Shown here one piece after another: positions 50,855 to 60,755 of a stretch of DNA of 64,000 nucleotides. Source of the stretch: an uncultured delta proteobacterium (GTDB lineage: Bacteria; Desulfobacterota; Binatia; Binatales; Binataceae); assembly GCA_963724765.1 (NCBI GenBank), contig CAVRVY010000001.1, positions 544,001-608,000 of the forward strand, given 5' to 3'. How positions within the stretch are numbered: the first letter of the stretch is position 1; every line of letters starts with the position of its first letter. The notes under the pieces were generated by a model. That model ran no database searches. It saw only the letters and a program-made list of their open reading frames with translations, and had not been told where the DNA came from. The translations under genes and the position numbers were made by a program.

Positions 50855-51468
50855 GGATCCTGTTCGTCCGTTCTGGCGCCCTTGGCCTTGAAAAATGATG
50901 GAGTCGTCTGCTTCTTTGGCGCGCGTTTTGACCCTGTAGATATATCCATTAACCATGTCGATTCTTCGCTTATCAGGTTCTGTTTGGCTCGGTCACGTTC
51001 ACGCGCATATCGAGCCTTCTTGTTCTCGACATAATGTTCCATGTCGAGCTTGATTGTGAGCATCTCCTTCTCGTAATCGTCCAACGTTACCGCAACGTAG
51101 TAGCCTGGCTCCAGAGCGCGTTCACGCCGGTGCTCCTCCCAATCTTTGCTCCCGAAGTGCTCGAAATCCACTGGCCACTCCTCTGCATCCCATTTCACCA
51201 TTCCAGTCTCAAACCTTAAACGAGGTGTAAGATGCTGTTGAAGCGCGATTCGCTCGTGTCGTTCACTTGCCCACACGCGATAAACGGTCAAAGAAAAGAA
51301 TGACAGCGCCATAGCTCCAAATATTTGACGACTGTAATGCCACTCGGATGGTAGAACAGTTGCGAGAATAGTGAAGGGAACAGTAAAAGCACCGCTCATT
51401 AGCGTCGTCCAATCGCTCCAGATAACAAGAAGAAATGGTATAAGATTAGGCGCTGGACTTTGTTCCAT
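50855..51468 (-). pseudogene. Membrane-anchored hypothetical gene interrupted by IS630
   Basis: Two N-terminal TM segments; removing the IS restores the frame ...EQDP-NAVSDSAEAEERYVEKLIERGRVRMAKE* (stop at 49683). Confidence 0.6.
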
Positions 51469-51530
51469 GGCCGAAAATAGGGCGATGTAACCATCGGAGT
51501 CAATGTTCCTTGGGACAATTTTCGCCCGAA

Positions 51531-51860
51531 TCAGCGCGACCTGATGATGACCGCGTGAAGCTCCATCGCGCTCAGCGCCTCGCGCTCAAGCAGCGCGGCA
51601 GCGACGGCCTCGACCGCGCGCCAGTGCTCGGCGACCAGACGGTCGGTTTCGATTAGCAAACGCTCCAGCCGCGAGGCGTCGACCAGCGCCAGCGCCTCGC
51701 GAAAATCGTCGGCGGTGTTCGCGGGCGTAGCGAGCAACGGTGCGAAGCGCCGATCTGCCGCGTAGCCCGCGAGATAAAAACTCGCACGCTCATCGATGCA
51801 GGGCCACGCGGGGGGCATGCCTTTGTCCTTCAGCCAATCGTCATGAGGCGACCAACCTAG
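51531..51860 (-). pseudogene. C-terminal fragment of a peptidase M41-like (FtsH protease domain-like) mobile-element protein
   Basis: LAGYAAD...DD...A...HWRAVEAVAAALLEREAL pattern. Confidence 0.45.
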
Positions 51861-51877
51861 CGCCTTCGATCCGTAAA

Positions 51878-51921
51878 CGTCCCGACGGGATTTGAACCCG
51901 TCTTACCGACGTGAAAGGCCG
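51878..51921 (-). other. 3' half of tRNA-Glu(TTC): integration (att) site remnant
   Basis: Minus strand CGGC-CTTTCAC-GTCGG-TAAG-ACGGG-TTCAAAT-CCCGT-CGGGACG gives an anticodon arm, T-arm and acceptor 3' strand; no D-arm or 5' half. Confidence 0.8.
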
Positions 51922-52037
51922 AAACGGGGGCTCCGAATAACGCCATAATCGTAGCCGTTCTAGAGTTTCAAACCCCAACTGGCGCGGGGATTTCTCGCGC
52001 ATCGAGTGCTACTGAGCGCATAGGGTGATACCGCCGT

Positions 52038-52116
52038 TTGGCGCTCTTTTGGCACACGCAGTTGGCACTGATTTGTTGGCACTGATTTGGCACTTAAAGT
52101 AGAAGATGATTGGCGC
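52038..52116 (+). repeat. Six TTGGC(A/G)C direct repeats, including tandem TTGGCACTGATTTG
   Basis: Copies at about 52038, 52049, 52062, 52076, 52087 and 52110. Confidence 0.7.
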
Positions 52117-52399
52117 TGCCGACGCAAGTCGACACTTGGTTGCTGACCAGCTTGCTGCAGCGGTTGGTGAAGACCGGCACGGCTCATCCAACATGCGCGT
52201 TAAAGTTTAATTTTCGCACACCCTTTACAACCTTGGTTGCGAGTCGCACTATAAAGCTGCCCCTTCGCTTGGGGTCGAGCAGCGACCGCTTCGCTTGCCG
52301 GCTATAAGCTTTGTACGCGGTCTTCAACACCATATCGCCGTTAAGCAGCAATTGTGCACGGGAGCGGTATTACCGACCCCCGCAGCGCCAATTGCGCCG

Positions 52400-52765
52400 G
52401 GGAGGACTTCTAATAGTCCCGGACCCTGGTGGATTGCGCAGACCGACGTCGTTGCGCGAATCGTGAACGGCTACGACCCGCGGATAGTCACCTTACCGCC
52501 GTTGCAGGCAGCTCATCAGGCCGGAACCGCTGTAACTCAGCTGAGCCAGCTATCTTACATAATCCCCTGGAATACCATGACCGTCCAAGATGCCATCGAT
52601 TTCGCGGTGGGCATGATCCAGAGCACGGCGATTGTTCAGAGATTCACCGCAGGCGTTGTAATGCAACCGGGCGGTTCAGCCGGGGTGGGAGGACCGATAG
52701 ATGTCACCGTAATACAACCCGGAACGATGGTCAGCTGGATTCGTCGGGAGGAATTTCACATCTAA
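52400..52765 (+). pseudogene. C-terminal fragment of a proteasome-beta-like (Ntn-fold) hypothetical protein
   Basis: QTDVVARIVNGYD...MTVQDAIDFA...QRF...VGGPIDV.VI.P...WI pattern; no N-terminus. Confidence 0.45.
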
Positions 52766-53046
52766 GGGTCTGTGGCGTCTTCTCTTTCACTCCCCGGTTC
52801 GAAAGTCGCGACTGGGTCGCCCTCTCGGGTAATGTTCGAACCGCATCCTCGGATCTCTCTCCGAGCTCATCCATCTTTGCGAAGAGGTCGGCAAATCCTT
52901 GTATTTGTCCCGCTAATTGGTTCAAAGCGCTCTCGAGAGCTTACGAGACTCGATAGTTTTTTTCCTCTGGGATTCAACCGCTATAGTAATACTCCGAATC
53001 CCGAAAGTTTACAGTACCGGGGATTCGTTGTAGCGTTTCCATATAA

Positions 53047-54082
53047 ATGCCAGACATTATTCGACTTCGATCGACCTCGCGTGCTTCCGCGCAGGGCGAC
53101 GACATCTTACTGCGAGAGACTGAAAAAACGCGACTCGTCTCAGGCCGCAAGTCGTGGACAACCCTTACGATGCCGCGGCATCGGTTAAGGGTGCCTTCAT
53201 ATTTCAGGCGAAGAAGCCCACTGGACTTTGGGTAGACTACAAGACGCTTGATCTGAGCAAGTTTCGAGACGGGGAATGGATCAAACTCGAGATCAAGTCC
53301 GCGGAGCTTAGAACGCTTTTCACCGAACTCGATCGATATTATGAACTCCACAAGCAGTATGGCATTAGGCCGGGAGAGCACGAGTATCTCGTTACGCCGA
53401 AGAATGCCGCCGGGGTCATAAAAAGTTTTCTTCAGAATCCCGAGAATTTCTCTAAACTCCAAGAGCTAACGGTCGACGACCTGAGAAAACTGAGCATCGC
53501 CGCTAACTTAAACAGCCTAAGAAGCGTCATCGAGACGTGGGAACATCAGCGAGAGAACGCGGATGAAGACTTCTGGCAGAGCTTTTTTAAAGAACATTCA
53601 TGGATAATCGCCCAGGTGTTTGCTTCCCCAGTCGTGCTGCTCAAAGACAATGCATACGTCGGAGGAAAGACCATCGAGAATCGGAATGGCAATCTCGCGG
53701 ATTTCCTTTTCAAGAATCGCTTCACAGAAAACGTTTGATCGTTGAAATAAAGACGCCGGTATCTCCGCTATTGAACTCAAAGGAGTATCGTCAGGGTACC
53801 TACCGTTTTAGTGATGACCTCGGCGGCGGAATCAGCCAGACCCTCAAATACAAACATGAGCTGCAGGCGAATTACCGAAGTCTTCAGGAAGGCACATAAT
53901 TCACCGCGTTCGATCCGAAATGCCTGATTCTCTCTGGCGACTATTCGAGAGAGATTCGAAACGACACCAGCAAACGCCGTTCGTTCAGTTTGCTCCGTAA
54001 CGACTCGCGCAACATCTCGATAGTTACGTATGATGAATTGCTGGGGAAAGTGAAGCTGTTGGTGCGGTTGTTAGAACAATAG
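53047..54082 (+). pseudogene. sduA: Shedu (DUF4263) anti-phage nuclease, disrupted
   Basis: EDFWQSFFKEHSWI, AYVGGK, ADFL, IVEIKTP, ISQ and IVTYDEL motifs; frameshifts at ~53140 and ~53737 and an in-frame TAA at 53897. Confidence 0.85.
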
Positions 54083-54942
54083 AGACGTGGCCGTCCTGGA
54101 TGAATTTGCCACTCCGGCAAGTTCCGCCGTCTTTCATCTCCCACACCGTTCGCTTATCCTGACTACAAATCTAGATAAGCCTTCATCCCAATTGGGATCG
54201 AAATGCGCATCAGAGCAGGGGAGCCGCGTTCCCGTTGTCGAAGGAAGCTCGGTGAAAGCGTGAAGAGGAAGGAACCGGATCCCCCTTCCTCCGCGAAAAA
54301 AACTCCGTGATCCGTTCAAAAAGCACCAGAGGAGTATCGCGTATTATGATCACCAATCTACCCAATATTTCGTCCCAAGTTCGACCGGTATCTTCAGATG
54401 TCCGCAAAACGGCGCGATGGTAGAAATCGAACCCCTGATGTGCCTACCTCCAGGCGAGCTCGTCTGGGCGGTTGCATTTCCTGTGCTCTAAGCATGGCGA
54501 ACTCGGTCGGGCGCTACCGATCGTCCAAGACTAGCTAGCTAGATCGGTTACTCGATGAAAAGAGCACAAGCGACATGGAGGACCGGCGTTGGCCAGCCAA
54601 GGCGTGATGCCGCCGCTGCTACCTCAACTGAGCGAGGGGAAACCTGATTTTTTCGGTCCCCTCCCGCTCGCCCCACTCTCTCAATGGACCATAATCGACA
54701 GCTTCGACTCAGTGCGAGGATGCATCGACGCTCATGTCAAACTGCTCCGCGACAGGGTTATGAAAAGCGTGAATGACGAAATTCAAATTGAACAGGTTTA
54801 CAGTGCTAGATGCAGCGCCAGCGACGACCCGCGCCTCAAGGAGAAATAGGCCGCCGTTTTCCTTTGGGCGTTGACGCCCGCGTGGGTTTTGATCTGCCGC
54901 GCATTCGGGAGAGACTGTTCCGAGCAAGGGAGGAAAACGCCG

Positions 54943-55329
54943 ATGGGCGTTGACTTGAGGATGGAACCGTACGCGGAGATGTTCCAGAAGGAACGGCCTG
55001 GGTTGCGGATAATCGATGAGTTTTGCTTCCTGGACATCGATAAGCTGTTCGGCCGGCTCGGGCTGAGTTGGGATGATTTCGGCGCGGCCGCCGACAAAGA
55101 TGGGCGCCTGCCACACGAGGCCGCCTTGAGACTCCTTGCGGCGGTCGAGCCGCATCAAGCTCCAGCTAAAAAGCTGCTTATCCTGCTTCACTACTACAGC
55201 CAGTGGTACGAGCACCCCGACCGTATTCCCATGCAGATGCACCAATTCGTAGGAACCGTGCCCGGCATGGCCGGCGTCGTTGGCCACTGGGAACCCGACA
55301 GGCGGCGTTCCTGGTTGGTGCTGTCATAA
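54943..55329 (+). CDS. Hypothetical protein
   Basis: GGAGG RBS and coding-like codon usage; no family recognised. Confidence 0.5.
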   Translation: MGVDLRMEPYAEMFQKERPGLRIIDEFCFLDIDKLFGRLGLSWDDFGAAADKDGRLPHEAALRLLAAVEPHQAPAKKLLILLHYYSQWYEHPDRIPMQMHQFVGTVPGMAGVVGHWEPDRRRSWLVLS

Positions 55330-55360
55330 AGAACGCGAAGCACCCGGCCTGATCTTTATC

Positions 55361-55567
55361 GTGGCTGAAGAGATTCAGTTGCTTGCGTGCGGATATTCGG
55401 CTCAGTGCACCGTTCGCGGGTGCCGAGACCGGGCAACCTGGATCGCCCGATACACCGACGATCAGGGAAGGCCACTTCGGCAACGCGAACTGTGCGACCG
55501 ACACGCGGACTGGCTCAAGGCGAACCGCCCGAACGTGCACGACTTAAGGAGCGCACCCGATGCCTGA
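55361..55567 (+). CDS. Small Cys/His zinc-finger-like hypothetical protein
   Basis: C-x4-C...C-x2-H (CTVRGC...LCDRH). Confidence 0.45.
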   Translation: MAEEIQLLACGYSAQCTVRGCRDRATWIARYTDDQGRPLRQRELCDRHADWLKANRPNVHDLRSAPDA

Positions 55568-55659
55568 GAAAACGGTCAAAAGCCGGCTACAAGACCGTGA
55601 CGCCGCGCTCGCCTCCGACGACGGCCCGATCTTCTCGACCGTCGCCAAGCTGGTCGAAC

Positions 55660-56112
55660 TCATGGTATGAAAGTCCTCAAATATACCTTATCGTCCAATC
55701 CGTCGAAGGTGTGATAACGCGCGGTGAATTTCCACTGGTTGTCCACCTTTGCATATTCATCTTCGAAGTAACCTAAGCCAAGCCACTCCATGGTGATACC
55801 CACATTGCGCACTTCCACGCAGCATCGGCCGGTTGCGCGGTCTCCGCTAAGTAGATTTACGATTTGATTGTGGATCAACAGCCGGGGTGTCGTCTCAGCG
55901 AGCGCCTTTTCATGCATCTTCTTAAGTTGGGCGTGGCCATGCGAGACAGCTTCAACCTCGATGCCTTTCATGACAAAAGTTGCATCGCCTGTGAATAGAT
56001 CAAGCAGGCCATCAACATCTTTTCTCCACAAGCAGTCGCAGTAGCGTACCGGAAGATCGCGGATGGCTTCGCGGTCAACAAGCTCACGAACCAACTCGTC
56101 AGTCGTTTTCAT
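55660..56112 (-). CDS. SnoaL-like / NTF2 family protein
   Basis: LVDREAIRDLPVRYC..LW, LFTGDA, GDRATG and YFEDEY....WKF motifs. Confidence 0.88.
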   Translation of the reverse strand: MKTTDELVRELVDREAIRDLPVRYCDCLWRKDVDGLLDLFTGDATFVMKGIEVEAVSHGHAQLKKMHEKALAETTPRLLIHNQIVNLLSGDRATGRCCVEVRNVGITMEWLGLGYFEDEYAKVDNQWKFTARYHTFDGLDDKVYLRTFIP

Positions 56113-56339
56113 GATTTATCCTCTTCGTGCGCGTGAATTCCCGCTCCAGGACCGGTCGGAGCGCCTGGCGGGTACGTTTCTTTCTCTTGGCCAATGCAAC
56201 CAATAAAATCATTCATGCATCAAGGCTAAGTGGCAAATCCAGGTATTCCTGAAGGCGATGACCTCACGTCTTTTCCGTCTTCACCTCAAACTCGGAAAGC
56301 ACCCGCGAGGCTTTTTGGGCTGCGGTTTGGTCGACCGGT

Positions 56340-56600
56340 TCACGCCGACCAGGGTATTGATTCCTCGACAGCCGGTACGGCTCCGTGGTCTGGCGAAAAA
56401 ACGGGCGCGTGACGGCTCCAGCAGTAGAGTCCCACGAACATCGCCACGCATAACGCAGCAATCGCCAAGAAACTAGCCGACAGCACCGCATCGGTCTCAA
56501 TCCTTTCTTTCAGGTCACCGGAGACCCTATGCCGACCGGGTTCTTGAGGCATCGTGGTGGTTCTCAAAAGATGGCTCTCTGTATCGTTTACAGATTTCAT
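56340..56600 (-). CDS. Small single-TM hypothetical protein
   Basis: GAGG RBS; one hydrophobic helix AVLSASFLAIAALCVAMFVGLYCW. Confidence 0.5.
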   Translation of the reverse strand: MKSVNDTESHLLRTTTMPQEPGRHRVSGDLKERIETDAVLSASFLAIAALCVAMFVGLYCWSRHAPVFSPDHGAVPAVEESIPWSA

Positions 56601-57015
56601 TGTGATACCCCTCATGCCTAAGTGGCGTGAGGGAGCCACTCACAACGCGTGCGTCGATTTTTCACGGAGAAGCTATCACGAAAGGGGGCTATGCTGGCAT
56701 TTGCCTCAGCTTGCGTCACTTCGATAATGGCGGGGCCTGAACACCGCGACTTTCCTGAAAATCGAAAAAGTTACGCATGCGGGGGGACCCACGCGCAAAA
56801 TGTCGTCGCGATTTTGGGTGCTAGGGGGCGCGTCGCGGTCGAAAGGGGACCCTACTCGATGCGTCGTCCAAGGATGGTCACCATGGCAACCCCACCATCC
56901 GAGACGGGTCGCGATGGGTCAGCCGGTGGATGGTCAGCGCGGGCTCGATGCGCCTGGCGCTGGCCGAGGGCGGCGCGAGGGCGCGGGCGTGCTAGTTGAG
57001 CACGCGGACATCAGA

Positions 57016-58373
57016 TGTAAGAGGTAAGACTTAATCTGACAGTGATGGTAAGGTCCTCGGGTCCTTAGAAGGAGACGAGGGCGATGAATCAGGAGCAGAA
57101 AGTAATCCGGGTAAAGGTGGGAGTACTGGAGCTGGCCAAGCAGCTCGGCAACGTGTCGGCGGCCTGCCGGGTGATGGGCTACAGCCGCGACAGCTTCTAC
57201 CGCTTCAAGGAACTTTACGACAAGGGCGGCGAGGCGGCGCTGCAGGAGATCTCGCGGCGCAAGCCGGTGCTTCGGAATCGGGTGGCGCCGGAGATTGAGC
57301 AAGCGGTAGTGGAAAGCGCGATCAGCGAGCCCGCCTGGGGTCAGGTGCGCGTCGCCAACGAGCTGAAGAAGCGCGGACTGAGTGTGTCGGCGGCCGGCGT
57401 GCGCTGCGTCTGGCAGCGTCACGATCTCGAGACCATGCACAAGCGGCTCAAGGCCCTGGAGGCAAAGAGCGCGCAGGAAGGCTTGGTGCTGAGTGAGAGC
57501 CAGCTCACCGCGCTGGAAAAGGCCAAGGCCGACAAGGAAGCGCATGGCGAGTTCGCGAGCGAATGCCCGGGCTACTGCGGAGCGCAGGATACGTTCTACG
57601 TCGGCACACTCAAGGGCGTCGGCCGCATCTATCAGCAGACTTTCCTCGATACCTACAGCAAACTGGCGTTTGCCAAGCTCTACGATCGCAAGACCTCGCT
57701 GGTGGCGGCCGATTTACTCAACGACCGGGTGATCCCGTTCTTCGACGAACATCAAATCCCGCTGGGCCGGGTCTTAACCGACCGCGGCACTGAGTATTGC
57801 GGCGCACCCGAGCGCCACGAATATGAACTCTACCTGGCGGTGGAGAACATCGATCACACCCGCACCAAGGTCAAAAGCCCACAGACCAACGGCATCGTCG
57901 AGCGCTTCCACAAGACCGTGCTCAATGAGTTCTATCGGGTCGCCTTCCGGCGCAAGATCTACTCCGGCATCGAACAGTTGCAGGCCGACCTCGACGCCTG
58001 GCTGCGCGAGTACAACGAGTTGCGGCCCCATCAGGGCCGCTGGTGTTACGGCAAGACTCCAATGCAAACCTTCCGCGACAGCGTGCCATTGGCGAAGGAG
58101 AAGATGCTCGGCTCGACCACAGCATCCGCGGCGGCCGAGAGTCTGGGATTATGAATGGCTGCGTAGCGCAGCAGTCGCCCAGGCGACTGCATAATCGGCT
58201 GCCGAGCCGCAGCGACGGCTGCGGTCAAGGGCGGCCAAAGCCGGCGCGCATCGCGCGCGAACCCTTGACGGCGAGCCGGAGCGTAGGCTATCGCTGCGCT
58301 CGACATCTGACGTATTACTCAAACCGGACACCGGGACCACCATCCACTGTCAGAGGAAGTTTTAAGTTATACA
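57016..58373 (+). mobile_element. Intact IS481-family element (transposase 57084-58154) with 7-bp target duplication
   Basis: 26-bp IRs TGTAAGAGGTAAGACTTAATCTGACA / TGTATAACTTAAAACTTCCTCTGACA; CATCAGA on both flanks; QDTF, TDRGTEY and [11 protein letters not shown] motifs. Confidence 0.95.
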
Positions 58374-58765
58374 CATCAGAGAATAAGCTTCGCGTTTGCG
58401 GGCGTGGCCGCGGGCTCGGGCTCGTCAGGTAGATACCCCGTAGACGGCGACGCGAATTTCCACAAGCCGAGCGCGTTCACAAGGTCGCGGCAGGCTGGCG
58501 AGCATGTCGTGATGCGTCACGATCGCGGCGAACACTCCCCTTCGTCTCGGTATAGGTAAAGAGTCGGTCCCTTCGAAGCCCTCGAAGACCTTCCCGTACG
58601 TTCCGGTTGCCTCCTAGATGGTTGGCCAGCGCCCAAGCCAGGATGAACCAGCCCTCGGTATCCCAGACGACTGGCTCCTCAAAGCGTTAGGCGTGTGGAT
58701 CTCGGGTAGATCCTGCATGCGTGGAACCCGATCGACGGGCAATGAATGCGAAGCTTGAGCGAATG

Positions 58766-58960
58766 TTCATGGACCTAGCAAAATCGCGCGCGGATAACTT
58801 TGGCTTAACTCCGGCGAATAGCGCTGCAAGAGCCGTTCTCCGGGTCCATGCGCAATCGCAAATCCCGCGAACACGTGCGGATTTCGAGCGATTCTCCAAG
58901 ATCTCCGAAAACCGATGGACTCGATGGTGGTCCAAGCGGGATTTGAACTCACGGCCCCTC
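58766..58960. repeat. Dispersed non-coding repeat copy C, ending in an antisense tRNA-like 3' end with CCA
   Basis: Minus strand GTGAG-TTCAAAT-CCCGC-TTGGACC-A-CCA; collinear with 44251-44447; first 32 bp are 30/32 identical to 63118-63149. Confidence 0.65.
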
Positions 58961-59034
58961 TTCATTAAATATCCCGCAGAGTGTGCGGTCTTTTTCGCGC
59001 AATTCAGGCGAATCCGCGCCACCGGAGACGCCAG

Positions 59035-59395
59035 ATCGCAGGATGTTGCCAAAGAACTGCTCGCTTTGCGTGGCGCCCGCGTTATTCTAGCGACCGCGCC
59101 AAATGGCAAGGCGATGGGGAGCCTAATCGACGGACTTGGAGTTGACGGCAAACTGATGATAGTCGGAGCCAGAGTCGAACCATTTGCGGTCTCGTTGTTT
59201 CAACTTCTCTTGGCTCGCAAGTCGCTCATGGGCTGGCCGCCCGGAACGTCGATCGATTCCGAGGACACGTTCAGGTTCGCGGCGGCCAATGGCGTGCAAC
59301 CGATGATCGAGACCTTTCCGCTGGAGAGAGTCGCGGAGGCCTACGAACGCATGATTTCCGGCAAAGTACGCTTCAGGTCAGTTTTGAAGATCTGA
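59035..59395 (+). pseudogene. C-terminal fragment of a zinc-dependent alcohol dehydrogenase
   Basis: GARVILATAPNGKAM, GWPPGTSIDSEDT and IETFPLE...AYERMISGKVRFRSVL motifs. Confidence 0.85.
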
Positions 59396-59769
59396 TGCCA
59401 GCCAAGGTTCCGTGGGTAAGAACGAATTGCCAGAGGCCGCCGCGTGGAATCCGCGGTGAATCCTTACACGCATTTTGCCCTGCGGCCGTGCGTCTCTGTC
59501 GGATGTCCAGCGCGACGGTGCTGTATACGCGGGAACGTAACGACCAGCGAGGTTCCGCCGCGCAGTTGGTCTAGGAGCCCGAACAGCCCCTTCACCGGGT
59601 GTGAGCAAGCTCGGGGCAGGTTCTGGTCGTAGGCTTATTTGGACAGACATAAGACGCACTAACCTGTCACGACTTCATTTGTCTTAACCGGAGCAGTGCG
59701 CTAGGTTCAGCTCGCTGGACCGGCGATTCCCTTTCGGCGAGAGATGTACGCTCTGTGGAGGGGCTCACG

Positions 59770-60015
59770 ATGGAAGCCAAGCTTCCTATGAACGGCCATC
59801 AATGGTCAGAGCACGAGATTGAAATAGCGGGACAGAATTACTTTTATCGGCACTGTAGCCTCTGCCGCCGTAATTTCGTGCGACTAGCAGAAGAGGAACG
59901 TTGGAGAGCTGCAACTCTCGGATTATCCCGTTTCACTCTTCTCGACGAGATCACAGACGACCTTTGGTCATCCGAGGAGTGTCCCGGAATTGGGACGGCG
60001 AAACTCACGCACTAG
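59770..60015 (+). CDS. Small Cys-containing hypothetical protein
   Basis: GGAGG RBS; H.W...HCSLCRRNF...ECPG. Confidence 0.5.
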   Translation: MEAKLPMNGHQWSEHEIEIAGQNYFYRHCSLCRRNFVRLAEEERWRAATLGLSRFTLLDEITDDLWSSEECPGIGTAKLTH

Positions 60016-60166
60016 GTTTTCGCCTCGCGACTCCCGAAGTGAAGCTCGGCGCGATAAAAGCGCATCTCGGGCGCTTCTGCCCGGCCCGATGGAGCAAATC
60101 GGCAATGTGTTCCGGCAAGACCGCTGCGATGCGCAGGAGCCGAGACGCGAGAAAGCAGCGCAGACT

Positions 60167-60590
60167 TCAGTAGCCTTTTATTGCCCTGAGCGCTGCGAGC
60201 GTGTCAGCCGGCTCCGGTCTTACCGTGTAGTCGGGATCAGCCTCGGCGGAGCGAATTATTCGCTGCGCGATCACATCACGGCTGTATCATTCGAGCTGTG
60301 GGGAGATCGCTATCAGGGTCGCGCCGAGCACTTTGATTTCGGGCCACACGTGCTGCAGAGCCGCCAGCCCCGCATTGCGGTAGGGTCACCACTTGCTCCG
60401 GTAGAAACTTACTGCGACCGGCCCCTCTTTGAGCATCGTAGAGCATCATACCTAGACTCACCAGCTTTCTGTTATGGTTGGGCAGGCTGAAGTCGGGGCC
60501 CTTGCCACCCAAAGACGTCAGGTAGTGATTGGCTCAGCTGGCCGCTGAGGCTAAGAAACTCCGTCTGCAATCTTTCCGTTGCTCGCTCGC
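60167..60590 (-). pseudogene. Peroxiredoxin-like (AhpC/TSA) gene relic with TGA at the first redox-active position
   Basis: Hand translation GGKGPDFSLPN...GPVAVSFYRSKW*PYRN...LIAISPQ...ADPDYTVRPEP; frameshifting 10-bp duplication, a second stop and an internal deletion. Confidence 0.75.
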
Positions 60591-60755
60591 CGGTTGAGCA
60601 GCCGAGCGGACCCAGAACTTGAGGGCTTGACCTTATATCACCGGCTAAACGTTCTCGGTCGCGGGCGCTGTCGCTGGCTTCAAATCGTGAAATTCCTTGT
60701 GTCTGTATTTTTCTTACGCGACAGGCAACAATCTGCATCAAAGAAGGAAGGAACT

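Noticed and set aside
54408-54520. tRNA-like GGGGTTCGATTTC on the minus strand
   Set aside because: The T-stem pairs poorly and no cloverleaf forms; at best a very decayed att scar.
58721-59395. 224-aa ORF as a single real gene
   Set aside because: The N-terminal half is read through the non-coding repeat; only the last ~120 aa are an alcohol dehydrogenase fragment.
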